Below, piece by piece: positions 1-12,643 of a stretch of 64,000 nucleotides of DNA. Position numbers and translations under genes: made by a program. The number at the start of each line of letters is the position of its first letter. Position 1 is the stretch's first letter. Source of the DNA: Trichormus sp. ATA11-4-KO1 (GTDB lineage: Bacteria; Cyanobacteriota; Cyanobacteriia; Cyanobacteriales; Nostocaceae); assembly GCA_019358915.1 (NCBI GenBank), contig JAHHIM010000006.1, positions 1-64,000 on the forward strand, in the 5' to 3' direction. The notes below the pieces were generated by a model. The model was not told where the DNA came from. It saw only the letters and a program-made list of their open reading frames with translations, and did not search any database.

Positions 1-140
1 CGCAATTGATTTCCTGCAAATGTATGGGTACTTGTTTTATCACTTTGTAAATCTAATTTTTGTTCTTTGAGGCAATTTTCCATGTTGCCTCGTGGGCAGT
101 ATTTTTGAGTATAAAGTTTCCCAGGAGTTTTTGGATTAGC
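1..140 (-). mobile_element. IS1380-family transposase fragment (5'-truncated; continues off the window edge)
   Basis: Manual translation of the minus strand gives ANPKTPGKLYTQKYCPRGNMENCLKEQKLDLQSDKTSTHTFAGNQLR, matching the Y-C-x-R-G-x-M-E-N-x-x-K-E...NQLR motif of IS1380 DDE transposases. An in-frame TAA lies at 141-143 just upstream. Not in the ORF track. Confidence 0.75.
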
Positions 141-387
141 TTATTTTGACTATTAATTGTCAATAAGAAGCACTAATTGATATAACATTGATTACAACTC
201 ATTTTTAAGCGTTTCTGTTATATCGAACTCAGGTTATAACTGCGACATAATCCGATTGATATAGCCTATCGCTTAAAGTAGGTACTGGAAATTTTACTTA
301 ATTATTCCACATGAAACCAGTAGTCCCATTTTAGTAAAATGAAAATATAAAAATTAATTGAAGTTAATTGACTAAATATTTAGAAAA

Positions 388-1272
388 ATGAGGTTTACAG
401 ATTGGGCAACTAGAGTACTATTCATTTCTCTAATATTCGTCGCTCTGATTGTGGCGTTGTTGGCCGGAAAAGCAACACAATTACCAAATAATACGACAAC
501 TGGAAATTCAGAAATTTCAGACTTTACTCCAAATTGGAGTCAATATCCACAAGCTGAATTGCAATCAGCAAAAAACCAAGAGGATACAACTCAAGAAGGT
601 TTGACACAATCCCCTGTAAAAACTAATCAAACTTCTGGAAGATACAGAACTACAGAAGCTTTCGCAAAGTACCAACCCAGGTATGAAATCGTCTCAGTAC
701 ATCCAAGTAATTATGGAGAGCGGTATACCCAAGATTTGAATAACTTGCCTCTTAATAATCAAGCGATTGTTGTCCTTCATGAAACTGGCGATTCTGCCTC
801 CAGCGCCGTTAATTTCTTTCAAACACCCCACACAGATGAAAGTGTACAAGCGAGTTATCACGCTTTGATCAAGCTAGATGGGACAGTTGTTTATTTAGTT
901 CCTCCAGACAAACGAGCTTTTGGAGCTGCTAACTCGGTTTTTGCAAGTCCCAATGGCACTGAAACTGTAACGACGAATCCTAATTTACCATCTTCTGTAA
1001 ATAATTTTGCTTATCACGTTTCTTTAGAAACACCACCAGATGGACGCGGAAATAACTTCCAAAAATTTCATAGCGGTTACACAGAAGCACAATACAATTC
1101 TCTTGCTTGGCTAATTGCTCAAAGCCAAGTGCCAGACTATCAGATCACTACCCATAGAGAAGTAGATCGTTCTGGTCAAAAAATTGATCCCATAAGTTTT
1201 GATGCCGATAAATTTTTGCGCTTACTTCACACTTATCGTCAGCTAACTCCCATTTATCGGGCAAATAAATAA
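388..1272 (+). CDS. N-acetylmuramoyl-L-alanine amidase (Amidase_2 / PGRP-like) with N-terminal membrane anchor
   Basis: VVLHETG, ASYHALI and ITTHREVD...KIDP zinc-amidase motifs; hydrophobic N-terminus. Confidence 0.85.
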   Translation: MRFTDWATRVLFISLIFVALIVALLAGKATQLPNNTTTGNSEISDFTPNWSQYPQAELQSAKNQEDTTQEGLTQSPVKTNQTSGRYRTTEAFAKYQPRYEIVSVHPSNYGERYTQDLNNLPLNNQAIVVLHETGDSASSAVNFFQTPHTDESVQASYHALIKLDGTVVYLVPPDKRAFGAANSVFASPNGTETVTTNPNLPSSVNNFAYHVSLETPPDGRGNNFQKFHSGYTEAQYNSLAWLIAQSQVPDYQITTHREVDRSGQKIDPISFDADKFLRLLHTYRQLTPIYRANK

Positions 1273-1401
1273 TTAATGATTTATCTAAGCAAAAATACTA
1301 ATTTGTTTGACTTTACCAATTCCAAGAAGGCGTTGTAGATAATTGTATTGATTATGTCTCTACCATGCCTTTTAGCAAAATTAAATTACTTTCAATTTTG
1401 C

Positions 1402-3171
1402 CTATTTACTAAAGCTGTAGATTTGTTGAGTTTCCAAGCGATCGCATATCGTCGAAGGTAGCGTATCCAAGGAGAAAGTCTGCCGATCTAATTGGACTTG
1501 CAAGTTACTCAAAGGATCACTACCAGAAGAAATCAAAAATTCTAACTTGTGGGTGTAAGGTAAAGTAGCTAGATTGTCTAGAATTTGGAAAATCGCTTGT
1601 AGGTAAGGATGGTCATTCTGCTGATACCAATCACAGGCAGCAACTTTTGCTTGGTCAAAACCTAAGTGTACTGTCAAGGCTGGCTCATCAAATAGGGCCA
1701 GACCTAGTGGACGCGCTTCTTCTTGTAATAATAAGTCATGGCTTTTGGCTAAATGCCGTAGTTTCTCTAAACGCTCATAGCGTTTCGTTACTAATTGCGG
1801 GTCATCTTGCCAATGGAGTGCGACTGTCACTAGATAAGTCTGTAACAGCATATGACCTAGTTTTTTTGCCTTAGTTGCCAAGTAATAAGAATTGTAGTCA
1901 TTGGCTTCAATCAACAGTGGCACGCGATCAACTACTTCCAAACCGTAGCCTTTGACTCCGGCAATTTTGCGAGGATTATTTGTAATCAGGCGAATTTTTT
2001 TCACGCCTAAGTCCATTAGCATCTGCGCTCCCATACCATAATCACGCAAGTCGGCTGGAAATCCCAAGCGCTCGTTCGCCTCTACCGTATCGAGTCCCAT
2101 ATCTTGTAGAGAGTAGGCTTTGAGCTTATTAATTAAGCCAATTCCCCGCCCTTCTTGCCGCAAGTAAACTACTACACCTTGACCTGCACTCTCAATCATT
2201 TTTAGTGCCGCTTGCAGCTGCATCCGACAGTCGCACCGCAAAGAACCCAAAGCGTCACCAGTTAAACATTCGGAGTGCATCCGCACCATGACTGGTTCAT
2301 CTTGGAAATGAGCGGGATCGCCTTTAACAATGGCAACGTGTTCTGTGTTGTCGAGGGTGTGGCGGTAGGCATAAATATCAAACTGCCCGAACTGACTGGG
2401 TAGCTTGGTTACGACTTCACGATATACCAAGCGATCATGTCGCAGACGATAACTGATTAAGTCCGCAATACTAATTATTTTAAGATTGTGATGTTGAGCA
2501 TATTTAATTAACTGAGGCAACCGCGCCATTGAACCATCAGGGTTTTGAATCTCACAAATTACCCCAGCTGGGTATAGTCCTGCCAGTCGCGATAAATCAA
2601 CAGCCGCTTCCGTATGTCCTGCCCGTTTGAGTACGCCTCCTGCCTTAGCTCGAATGGGAAAAATATGACCAGGACGACGTAAATCTGAAGGTTGTGTAGC
2701 TGGGTTGAGCGTAACTTGGATAGTACGGGCACGATCTTCTGCTGAAATACCAGTACTCACACCCAAATGCGGCCCCGCGTCAATACTCACCGTAAAAGCA
2801 GTCTGGTTAGTATCTGTAATATTGCTAACCATTAAGGGTAAGTCTAATTCATCTAGGCGATCGCCTGTCATCGCCAGACAAATCAGCCCTCTAGCTTCCA
2901 CCGCCATGAAATTAATCATATCGGGTGTAGCAAATTGGGCTGCACAAATTAAGTCGCCTTCATTTTCTCTATTTTCATCATCCACTACCACGATGACGCG
3001 ACCTGCTTTTAAATCTGCCAAGGCAGCATCAATCAGATCGAATTTAAAGGCTGGGGTTAAATAGGCAGTACTGTCAGTGTTTTCCCCTCCTTGAGGAGCC
3101 ACACCCATGCGGGTGTCCTTCCCGTTGAGGGGAGTAGCATGAGACTGCCTTATGGGCTTAGGGTTTGACAC
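1402..3171 (-). CDS. ribBA: Bifunctional DHBP synthase / GTP cyclohydrolase II with cyanobacterial C-terminal extension
   Basis: [32 protein letters not shown] and [10 protein letters not shown] motifs; GTG start. Confidence 0.96.
   Translation of the reverse strand: MSNPKPIRQSHATPLNGKDTRMGVAPQGGENTDSTAYLTPAFKFDLIDAALADLKAGRVIVVVDDENRENEGDLICAAQFATPDMINFMAVEARGLICLAMTGDRLDELDLPLMVSNITDTNQTAFTVSIDAGPHLGVSTGISAEDRARTIQVTLNPATQPSDLRRPGHIFPIRAKAGGVLKRAGHTEAAVDLSRLAGLYPAGVICEIQNPDGSMARLPQLIKYAQHHNLKIISIADLISYRLRHDRLVYREVVTKLPSQFGQFDIYAYRHTLDNTEHVAIVKGDPAHFQDEPVMVRMHSECLTGDALGSLRCDCRMQLQAALKMIESAGQGVVVYLRQEGRGIGLINKLKAYSLQDMGLDTVEANERLGFPADLRDYGMGAQMLMDLGVKKIRLITNNPRKIAGVKGYGLEVVDRVPLLIEANDYNSYYLATKAKKLGHMLLQTYLVTVALHWQDDPQLVTKRYERLEKLRHLAKSHDLLLQEEARPLGLALFDEPALTVHLGFDQAKVAACDWYQQNDHPYLQAIFQILDNLATLPYTHKLEFLISSGSDPLSNLQVQLDRQTFSLDTLPSTICDRLETQQIYSFSK
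3097..3138. repeat. 42-nt hairpin dispersed element, copy 1 (in frame, antisense, within the ribBA 5' end)
   Basis: AGCCACACCCATGCGGGTGTCCTTCCCGTTGAGGGGAGTAGC aligns with the copies at 30901, 44366 and 48848. Confidence 0.7.
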
Positions 3172-3515
3172 AGAGGATTTCTAGCTACCAAAAGTAAATT
3201 TTTTTAACAATTTCTTCTTTTAGATTGTAGCTCGTTTATGTGGCAGAGAAGTAGACTAGCAACGATTTGATAACATGGCAAAATTTCTACCGCTAAAATT
3301 ATGGTTTAGTACTAAAGTGCAACCACATTTAAACTATCAAAGTTTCTCGTTAAAGAAGTCACCTGTATTGAGATACTGGAGATGATTTGATGAGAGCATA
3401 CCAAAGACACTGTGGTTATTAGGGTTAGCGGTATCTTGTACACCTTGTGTCTGGTAGCTGATAGTTGACAACTGACAACAAAATTAACCAAAAGCGGATA
3501 AGGATTTCACAAATC

Positions 3516-4574
3516 ATGGGTAATTTTAGACGCGTACCCGTTGGGATTATTGGCGCGTCAGGCTATGGCGGAGTGCAACTAGTAAGATTACTGATGGAAC
3601 ATCCAGAAGTCGAACTAGTTTATTTAGGCGGTGATAGCAGCGCGGGAAAATCGTTTGCAGACCTTTACCCGCATTTGGCTCATCTGGTTAACTTGCCAAT
3701 AGAGGCAGTAGAGCCAGAAATCATTGCTCACCGATGTGAAGTAGTATTTCTCTCTCTACCAAATGGTCTGGCTTGCCAAATTGCACCGAAATTGTTAGAG
3801 AAAGGATGTAAAGTATTGGACTTGAGTGCAGACTATCGATTCAGTGATTTGGCAACTTACACCAATTGGTATGGCACAGAAAGAAGCGATCGCGTAACGG
3901 CCGCCACAGCAGTTTATGGATTACCGGAACTTTATCGCGATCGCATTGCTGAATCACAGCTGGTTGGTTGTCCTGGTTGTTACCCCACTGCTAGCCTATT
4001 AGCACTTTCGCCACTTTTGAAACAAGGCTTAATTGTCCCAGAAACCGCCATTATCGATGCTAAGTCTGGTACATCTGGCGGTGGACGGCAAGGCAAAATC
4101 AATTTGTTACTTGCTGAAGCAGATAACTCATTAGGAGCCTACGGTGTTGCTCGTCACCGCCATACTCCAGAAATTGAGCAAATTTGTAGCGATTTAGCAG
4201 GTCACGAAGTCACAGTCCAATTTACCCCGCATCTCATTCCTATGGTGCGCGGAATTTTGGCAACTGTATATGCCACACTCCGTGATCCCGGACTAGTGCG
4301 AGATGACTTAATTACAATTTACACAGCCTTTTACCGTAATGCCCCTTGGGTGAAAGTGTGTGAGAGTGGCGTTTATCCCCAAACTAAGTGGGCTAGTGGC
4401 AGCAATCTTTGTTTCATTGGCTTAGAAGTTGACCCGCGCACTGGCCGTGTGATTGTGATGTCAGCAATTGACAACCTGATCAAAGGACAGGCGGGTCAAG
4501 CAATACAATGTTTAAACCTGATGATGGGCTGGGATGAAACCTTAGGGTTGCCCAAATTAGGATTTTATCCGTAA
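3516..4574 (+). CDS. argC: N-acetyl-gamma-glutamyl-phosphate reductase
   Basis: GASGYGG, DLSADYR, PGCYPT and [11 protein letters not shown] motifs. ATG 3516 preferred over the TTG at 3465. Confidence 0.96.
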   Translation: MGNFRRVPVGIIGASGYGGVQLVRLLMEHPEVELVYLGGDSSAGKSFADLYPHLAHLVNLPIEAVEPEIIAHRCEVVFLSLPNGLACQIAPKLLEKGCKVLDLSADYRFSDLATYTNWYGTERSDRVTAATAVYGLPELYRDRIAESQLVGCPGCYPTASLLALSPLLKQGLIVPETAIIDAKSGTSGGGRQGKINLLLAEADNSLGAYGVARHRHTPEIEQICSDLAGHEVTVQFTPHLIPMVRGILATVYATLRDPGLVRDDLITIYTAFYRNAPWVKVCESGVYPQTKWASGSNLCFIGLEVDPRTGRVIVMSAIDNLIKGQAGQAIQCLNLMMGWDETLGLPKLGFYP

Positions 4575-4602
4575 TGGGGGGAATGGGGAATGAGGAATGG
4601 GT

Positions 4603-4645
4603 GGGAAAGAACTTATATTAGTAATCTCCTCTGCTCCCCTTGTCC

Positions 4646-4646
<1 letters not shown>
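4603..4646. repeat. Dispersed ~44-bp repeat, copy 1 (between convergent argC and eno)
   Basis: GGGAAAGAACTTATATTAGTAATCTCCTCTGCTCCCCTTGTCCC is near-identical to 40279-40321. Confidence 0.8.
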
Positions 4647-5974
<1,328 letters not shown>

Positions 5975-6245
5975 TTAACGTTGATGGCATACATTCCAGT
6001 CGCTTACCCTAATCGTTAGCATAGGCGGTTAAGTGACTCTGTAGGCTGAGATTAAACAAGATTTCCAATGTTAGGTCAACTGACTCCCCAGAAATTGGGT
6101 ATTCAAAGATACAAGCAATTGAGAAAACTTTTCCTAGTTCCTAAAATCTATTGTCCAATCTCCAGTTCCCAGTCCCTAATTTTTGTATCTTCCTTGTCCG
6201 CCAGTGCCCATTTAGAATTGGTAAAGCACTAATCACGAGTTAATT

Positions 6246-6677
6246 ATGCGCTTACTACACACAATGCTGCGGGTAGGTAACCTTGAAGAGTCTTTGAAAT
6301 TCTACTGTGATGTCCTGGGAATGAAATTATTACGTAGAAAAGACTATCCAGGCGGAGAATTTACCTTGGCTTTCATAGGCTACGGCGATGAAAGCGACAA
6401 CACCGTGATAGAACTAACCTATAACTGGGGGGTAGAAAAATACGAGTTGGGTAATGCTTACGGTCATATTGCCCTTGGTGTTAATGATATTTATGCCACT
6501 TGTGAGGAAATCAAAAGTCGAGGCGGTAAAGTGACACGGGAACCAGGTCCCATGAAACACGGTTCGACGGTAATTGCTTTTGTAGAAGATCCAGATGGAT
6601 ATAAGGTGGAACTAATTCAAATAGCTGACTCTTCAAGTCCTAGGGAAAGTCAGGAACGAGAAACAGTTAAAGGGTAA
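6246..6677 (+). CDS. gloA: Lactoylglutathione lyase (glyoxalase I)
   Basis: [22 protein letters not shown] and EDPDGYKVE motifs. Confidence 0.96.
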   Translation: MRLLHTMLRVGNLEESLKFYCDVLGMKLLRRKDYPGGEFTLAFIGYGDESDNTVIELTYNWGVEKYELGNAYGHIALGVNDIYATCEEIKSRGGKVTREPGPMKHGSTVIAFVEDPDGYKVELIQIADSSSPRESQERETVKG

Positions 6678-7127
6678 GGATTAAAAGAACCTTTGCCAGG
6701 CAAAAGCCCCCGTTATCTGGTCTGGGCATTTAAAGGGGGTAAGATGCTAAAGATTAATTCCTTGAGCACAATCGGGCAAAGTACCCTCAGAACGCTATTT
6801 TCGTTTTAAATTGGGAATAGGTAAGGAGTCAAACTTTTACCTAATTACTAGTCCTCAACTATAACCGTAGATACACACGGATAAATACTGTTAATGTTTG
6901 GATAACTATTTGGGGAGTGGTTACGGGGAAAATTATGCAGGATGAAGAAAAACTACTATCATCCTGGGCTACTGACAGGGGACGCCGCGAGAGTGTCTGA
7001 TACTTCTACATCCTTTGCCAACCCCCAATTCCTCACCTAAAATCCAACAGCCATATTGAAAAGGTTGCCACCAAGGAAAACCCTTTTGGCAACTTTACTC
7101 AAAATCCCAAATCTAAAATCCTTAAAG

Positions 7128-9782
7128 ATGCAGCCTACAGATCCCAATAAATTTACTGATAAAGCCTGGGAAGCGATTGTTAAATCTCAGGATATAGTCC
7201 GTGCATATCAACAACAGCAACTAGATGTTGAACATTTAATTATTGCTCTTTTAGAAGAACCTACTAGTTTAGCTATCCGCATCCTGGCTCGGGCTGAGGT
7301 TGATCCTATCCGTTTGCAACAGCAACTAGAAGCGTTTACCCAACGCCAACCTAAGGTTGGTAAAAGTGACCAACTGTATCTCAGTCGCAGCTTAGACGTG
7401 ATGCTAGACCGAGCCGAAGATATCCGGGTGAGGATGAAAGATGCCTACATCTCCGTGGAACACATACTCTTGGCCTTTGCCGAAGATGAACGCATTGGAC
7501 GGCGGATACTCAAAGGTTTTAATACGGATAGCACTCAATTAGAGGCTAGTATCAAAAGTGTTCGTGGCAGCCAAAAAGTGACAGATCAAAATCCAGAGTC
7601 TCGTTATGAAGCCCTACAAAAATTCGGACGGGATTTAACAGAACAAGCTAAAGCTGGCAAATTAGACCCAGTAATTGGCCGAGATGACGAAATTCGCCGG
7701 GTGATCCAGGTATTGTCACGCCGGAGTAAAAATAACCCAGTGTTGATTGGTGAACCTGGCGTGGGTAAAACTGCGATCGCCGAAGCTTTGGCACAGCGTA
7801 TGGTAAATGGTGATGTGCCAGAATCTTTGAAAAATCGCCAGTTGATTTCTCTAGATATCGGTAGTTTGATTGCTGGAGCTAAATATCGCGGTGAATTTGA
7901 AGACCGCTTAAAAACTGTACTCAAGGAAGTTATAGAATCAAACGGTCAAATCGTTTTGTTTATCGATGAACTGCATACCGTTGTTGGCACTGGTTCTAAT
8001 CAACAAGGGGCAATGGATGCCGGGAATTTACTCAAACCCATGCTGGCGCGGGGAGAACTGCGTTGTATTGGCGCTACAACCCTAGATGAATACCGCAAAC
8101 ACATTGAAAAAGATGCTGCGCTGGAACGCCGTTTTCAGCAAGTCTTTGTTGATCAGCCTAGTGTAGAAAATACCATTTCTATTCTTCGGGGATTAAAAGA
8201 ACGCTACGAAGTTCATCACAACGTGAAAATTTCTGATTCGGCATTAGTCGCCGCCGCAACTTTGTCAGCACGTTACATAAGCGATCGCTTCCTACCAGAT
8301 AAAGCCATAGACTTGGTAGATGAAGCCGCCGCCCAGTTGAAAATGGAGATTACCTCCAAACCCGCCGAATTAGAAACTATTGACCGCCGCTTGATGCAGC
8401 TAGAAATGGAAAAGCTATCATTAGCTGGAGAAGAAAAGGAAACTGCCCCAGCTAGGGAACGTTTTGAGCGCATTGAGCAAGAAATCGCCACTTTGACGGT
8501 AAAACAGCAGGAATTTAATGAGCAATGGCAAGGTGAAAAACAGCTATTAGAGGCTATCAGCACCTTAAAGAAAGAAGAAGATGCTTTGCGGGTGCAAATT
8601 GAGCAGGCAGAACGCGCTTATGATTTAAACAAAGCTGCCCAATTGAAGTATGGCAAATTAGAAGGAGTGCAGCGCGATCGCGAAGCTAAAGAAGCACAAC
8701 TGTTAGAAATTCAAAGCCAAGGTTCTACATTACTCCGGGAACAGGTCACAGAAGCCGACATCGCTGAAATCGTCGCCAAATGGACAGGCATTCCCGTTAA
8801 TCGCCTGCTGGCATCAGAACGGCAAAAATTACTGCAACTGGAAAACCATCTGCATCAAAGAGTCATCGGGCAACAAGAAGCAGTAGCAGCCGTATCAGCA
8901 GCCATTCGTCGTGCCCGTGCGGGGATGAAAGATCCCGGCCGTCCCATTGGTTCATTTTTGTTCATGGGGCCTACTGGTGTCGGTAAAACCGAACTAGCTC
9001 GTGCTTTAGCCCAGTTTCTCTTTGATTCTGATGATGCCCTCATTCGCCTGGATATGTCCGAGTATATGGAAAAACACTCGGTTTCCCGGCTAGTGGGAGC
9101 GCCTCCAGGATATGTTGGTTATGAAGAAGGTGGTCAACTTTCCGAAGCTGTGCGCCGTCACCCCTATTCGGTGGTGCTACTAGATGAAGTGGAAAAAGCA
9201 CATCCTGATGTGTTTAATATTTTATTACAAGTGCTTGATGACGGCAGAATTACTGATTCCCAAGGCAGAACAGTAGACTTTCGCAACACCGTCATAGTCA
9301 TGACTAGTAACATCGGCAGCGAATATATTTTAGATGTCTCTGGTGATGACACCAAGTATGAAATGATGCGGACAAGGGTAACAGATGCTCTGCGATCGCA
9401 CTTCCGCCCCGAATTTCTCAACCGGGTAGATGATATCATTCTCTTCCATGCCCTCAGCCGTTCAGAAATGCGCCATATCATTCGCATTCAACTAAAACGG
9501 GTAGAAAACCTGCTGCGAGAGCAAAAAATCTCTTTTGAAATATCCGCAGCCGCCTGTGATTATTTAGTAGAAGCTGGCTATGACCCAGTTTACGGCGCCA
9601 GACCTCTAAAGCGGGCAATTCAGCGAGAAGTAGAAAACCCCCTTGCCACTAAATTATTGGAAAATACTTTTATCTCTGGAGACACGATTTTCATTGATAA
9701 AGAAGACCAGGGTTTAACTTTTAGTAAAACCATGCCAGTTAAAGTCACAGTCTCACCATCCACTGTGAAGCTTTTAGAGTAA
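7128..9782 (+). CDS. clpB: ATP-dependent chaperone ClpB
   Basis: Two AAA+ modules ([16 protein letters not shown]) and a coiled-coil middle domain. ATG 7128 ([10 protein letters not shown]) preferred over the TTG at 7056. Confidence 0.96.
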   Translation: MQPTDPNKFTDKAWEAIVKSQDIVRAYQQQQLDVEHLIIALLEEPTSLAIRILARAEVDPIRLQQQLEAFTQRQPKVGKSDQLYLSRSLDVMLDRAEDIRVRMKDAYISVEHILLAFAEDERIGRRILKGFNTDSTQLEASIKSVRGSQKVTDQNPESRYEALQKFGRDLTEQAKAGKLDPVIGRDDEIRRVIQVLSRRSKNNPVLIGEPGVGKTAIAEALAQRMVNGDVPESLKNRQLISLDIGSLIAGAKYRGEFEDRLKTVLKEVIESNGQIVLFIDELHTVVGTGSNQQGAMDAGNLLKPMLARGELRCIGATTLDEYRKHIEKDAALERRFQQVFVDQPSVENTISILRGLKERYEVHHNVKISDSALVAAATLSARYISDRFLPDKAIDLVDEAAAQLKMEITSKPAELETIDRRLMQLEMEKLSLAGEEKETAPARERFERIEQEIATLTVKQQEFNEQWQGEKQLLEAISTLKKEEDALRVQIEQAERAYDLNKAAQLKYGKLEGVQRDREAKEAQLLEIQSQGSTLLREQVTEADIAEIVAKWTGIPVNRLLASERQKLLQLENHLHQRVIGQQEAVAAVSAAIRRARAGMKDPGRPIGSFLFMGPTGVGKTELARALAQFLFDSDDALIRLDMSEYMEKHSVSRLVGAPPGYVGYEEGGQLSEAVRRHPYSVVLLDEVEKAHPDVFNILLQVLDDGRITDSQGRTVDFRNTVIVMTSNIGSEYILDVSGDDTKYEMMRTRVTDALRSHFRPEFLNRVDDIILFHALSRSEMRHIIRIQLKRVENLLREQKISFEISAAACDYLVEAGYDPVYGARPLKRAIQREVENPLATKLLENTFISGDTIFIDKEDQGLTFSKTMPVKVTVSPSTVKLLE

Positions 9783-10080
9783 AAAGGTTTGTAGAGGGGG
9801 CTTGAGTCCTCTCTTATCCTTAAATAATAAGTAGGTAAGCATGAATATTTGTAACTACTAGATATTGTCACCTTTGTGATTTCATTAATGATGCCTAAAA
9901 CTATGAATTGTGTAAGCATGAAAACCCTGAGGCGGCAAGAGGATATTTTAAATTTATATGAGGCGTAATTCCTTTATTGGCAAAAGTTTGGAGAGATTCC
10001 AAATATTGAGTAGATTTAAGTCCACTTCCTAAATAGTGCATAAACAATTGCAGTCATACATATCAAGTGTGTGTAAAGAC

Positions 10081-10578
10081 ATGAAATTGGTAACTGCAAT
10101 GAAGAGCTTAACTTTGAACTCAAAAATGATTTGCGGAAGTTTGATTGCCTTAAGCTGCCTCTATGTTAGCCCCAAACCTGCAATGGCTCAACTCAACTGT
10201 AGAGTAGTAGAAGCATTGGGGAATGGTCTTCAATCTGAGATTTTGACAGAATTGAACAACCATTTAGCTGGAGAACGTGAACGAATTAGTCGGCGCAAAG
10301 AGTTACAAATTAATCATATAGAGAACGTTTCCTTTGATGGTTGCCGCATGACAACTACAGTTAATGTAACTTTAGAACGCAGAATCCGCCGTGATGCCCA
10401 CGGAACTGTACAAGTAGGTGCAGATATTACGTCCTTTAATTTACCTAATAGACAGTTATGCTATGGAAATGCCAGAGTAACCAATGTCAATTTAAGTAGA
10501 ACTCTGAAGATTGGTGAAGCTGTTTATCAATGGGTAGCAAATGCCGTCCTTCCTAATAGTGGATGTTTTGGGGCTTAA
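10081..10578 (+). CDS. Hypothetical secreted protein, Cys-containing; start uncertain (10036, 10081, 10099 or later)
   Basis: Open frame with a signal-peptide-like segment ending AMA-Q and four Cys in the mature part; no family recognised. Confidence 0.6.
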   Translation: MKLVTAMKSLTLNSKMICGSLIALSCLYVSPKPAMAQLNCRVVEALGNGLQSEILTELNNHLAGERERISRRKELQINHIENVSFDGCRMTTTVNVTLERRIRRDAHGTVQVGADITSFNLPNRQLCYGNARVTNVNLSRTLKIGEAVYQWVANAVLPNSGCFGA

Positions 10579-10796
10579 ATCAAGGGCTTGACAGCAAGAA
10601 TCAGAGTGATTTAGAAAAATAAATATCACAGCGATCGCGTAGCAGAATTAATCACAAATAATCTTGAAGCAGAACTAACCCGTTCAGTGTTATGTCTTAG
10701 TGCTACAACATTGGCTGTTGACTGTAGTAAAGTTCAACAAGCAGCAGAATGTTTAATAGCGATCGCTTTATTAGGAAACCCGCCCCAGAATATTGC

Positions 10797-10925
10797 GGAA
10801 TTATGGGCCAATTGGGTGCTGAATCTGATTGCGGAAAAACCTCATAAACGCCTCTATTTCCAACGGGGCTTTTATGCTCTCTCCCTTATACAACAAGCTT
10901 TGTAGCTAGGTTGTCACCCGTTAAG
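10797..10925 (+). mobile_element. IS4-family transposase C-terminal remnant with candidate right end
   Basis: KPHKRLYFQRGFYALSLIQQAL* resembles, from recall, the C-terminus of cyanobacterial IS4 transposases. It is followed directly by TTGTCACCCGTTAAG (10911-10925), a terminal-repeat-like sequence. Confidence 0.6.
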
Positions 10926-11234
10926 GGTAAATCTGGTTCTGGGTCATAGGAGACACCAAGTATTTTCAGAAGACCCCGTATTTTAATTGGTTTTATCGAG
11001 TTAGAAGATTTAGTCATATAGCCAATTACTAAATTATATGTATAAAATAGTATTTATTGCTAAAACAAGCTCAGTATTGCTGTCATAAATCAAATTTACC
11101 GAAATATAACGGCTTGTTCCATCCGTACCATCATCTGTCCTGTAAATAGAGCAGGACTAATTGTTTGTATTTTTTCAATTAAGCTGCAACCCTTGAGTTT
11201 AAACAATTCTCTCCAAATTATCATGGTAATATTT

Positions 11235-12407
11235 ATGAAATTAGCTTATATTACTACTTATGATGTTCTCAATAAATCAGGTTGGAAAAAATATGATATG
11301 GGTAATTATGGTTCCAATCATTATATATTTCAAACTCTAGTTAATCAGGGAATATTTATAGAACAGGTAGGAAATTTCAAAAAGACTTATTCTTGGTTAA
11401 CTAGAAGTAAATGGAGTTTTTATAGACATTTTTATAATAAAGACTATTATAGATGGGCTGAACCAATAATCGGCAAAAATTATGCGAAACAAATCCGCCA
11501 ACAATTATCTAACTTAAATACAGATATAATCTTATGCACAGAAGGTGCTGCACCAGTAGCCTATCTGGATTATCACAAACCGATGGTTCTTTGGTTGGAT
11601 ACAGTTTTAGCAGCACTCATTGATATTTATCCATATTTAAGTAATATTTGTCAAGAAACCAGAAGAAATATTCATTTGATAGAACAATTAGCTTTAGATA
11701 AATGCAGTTTAGTTATCTTCTCATCAGAATGGTCTGCTGAAAAAGCAACACAGATTTATAAATTAAATACCAATAAAGTTCATGTAATTCCCAGAGGAGC
11801 AAATCTAGAATTACAATCAAACAGAACAATTGAAGATATTAGCACCTTAATAACATCAAGAGGTACAGATATTTATAAACTAATTTTTATTGGAGTTGAT
11901 TGGAACAGAAAAGGTGGGCAAATAGCTTTAGAAGTAAGCAAAGAGTTAAAAGAAAGAGGTTTTAATAACGAACTTACAATAATTGGTGATATACCCAAAA
12001 ATATCAAAAATGTGCCTGATTTTGTCAAAACAGTAGGATATATCAATAAATCTTCAAATGAAGGTAAGAAAAATTTTTATAATCTGCTTAGTGATGCTCA
12101 TTTTCTGATTTTGCCTACTCAAGCAGATGTAACTCCTAACGTATTGATTGAAGCAAATGCATTTGGAGTTCCCTGCCTAACTACTGATATAGCAGGTATT
12201 CCTACCATAATTAAGGATGATGTGAATGGTAAAACCTTTCCTCTAAATGCCAACATAGCAGATTATTGTGACTATATTGTCAATTATCTGACTGACTATC
12301 GGAAATATGAAAGTTTAGCTATTGCATCATTTAATGAATATATAACTCGTTTAAATTGGTCTATAGCCGGTAAAACTGCGAATCAATTATTTCAAGAATT
12401 AATATGA
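11235..12407 (+). CDS. Glycosyltransferase family 4 (GT-B)
   Basis: FIGVDWNRKGG and LIEANAFGVPCLTTDIAGIP motifs; visibly AT-rich. ATG 11235 preferred. Confidence 0.88.
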   Translation: MKLAYITTYDVLNKSGWKKYDMGNYGSNHYIFQTLVNQGIFIEQVGNFKKTYSWLTRSKWSFYRHFYNKDYYRWAEPIIGKNYAKQIRQQLSNLNTDIILCTEGAAPVAYLDYHKPMVLWLDTVLAALIDIYPYLSNICQETRRNIHLIEQLALDKCSLVIFSSEWSAEKATQIYKLNTNKVHVIPRGANLELQSNRTIEDISTLITSRGTDIYKLIFIGVDWNRKGGQIALEVSKELKERGFNNELTIIGDIPKNIKNVPDFVKTVGYINKSSNEGKKNFYNLLSDAHFLILPTQADVTPNVLIEANAFGVPCLTTDIAGIPTIIKDDVNGKTFPLNANIADYCDYIVNYLTDYRKYESLAIASFNEYITRLNWSIAGKTANQLFQELI

Positions 12408-12643
12408 TATTAAACAAGAATAATTTAATTGCTTAAAAGAAGTCACCCGTAAACTATAAATATTTGTAGTTTCAGGCATTATATTGATACATAATTAAAG
12501 GTTAATTTCAATACCATTACATTAAATGGATCGAGTAGGGAAATCCGAATCATCTTTTGGGGGCAAACAAACCTTTAAAGGGTAGCGATCGCATCAGTTC
12601 TGCCTTTAAAATCCTCAATGAGAGACTTATCTAATTACACACT

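Noticed and set aside
3172..3515. FMN riboswitch or NtcA box in the ribBA-argC divergent region
   Set aside because: I saw no RFN consensus and no correctly spaced GTA-N8-TAC.
10911..12455. Composite transposon around the GT4 gene (GTCACCCGT at 10913 and 12442)
   Set aside because: Only 9 bp, in direct orientation, with no second transposase remnant; compatible with chance.
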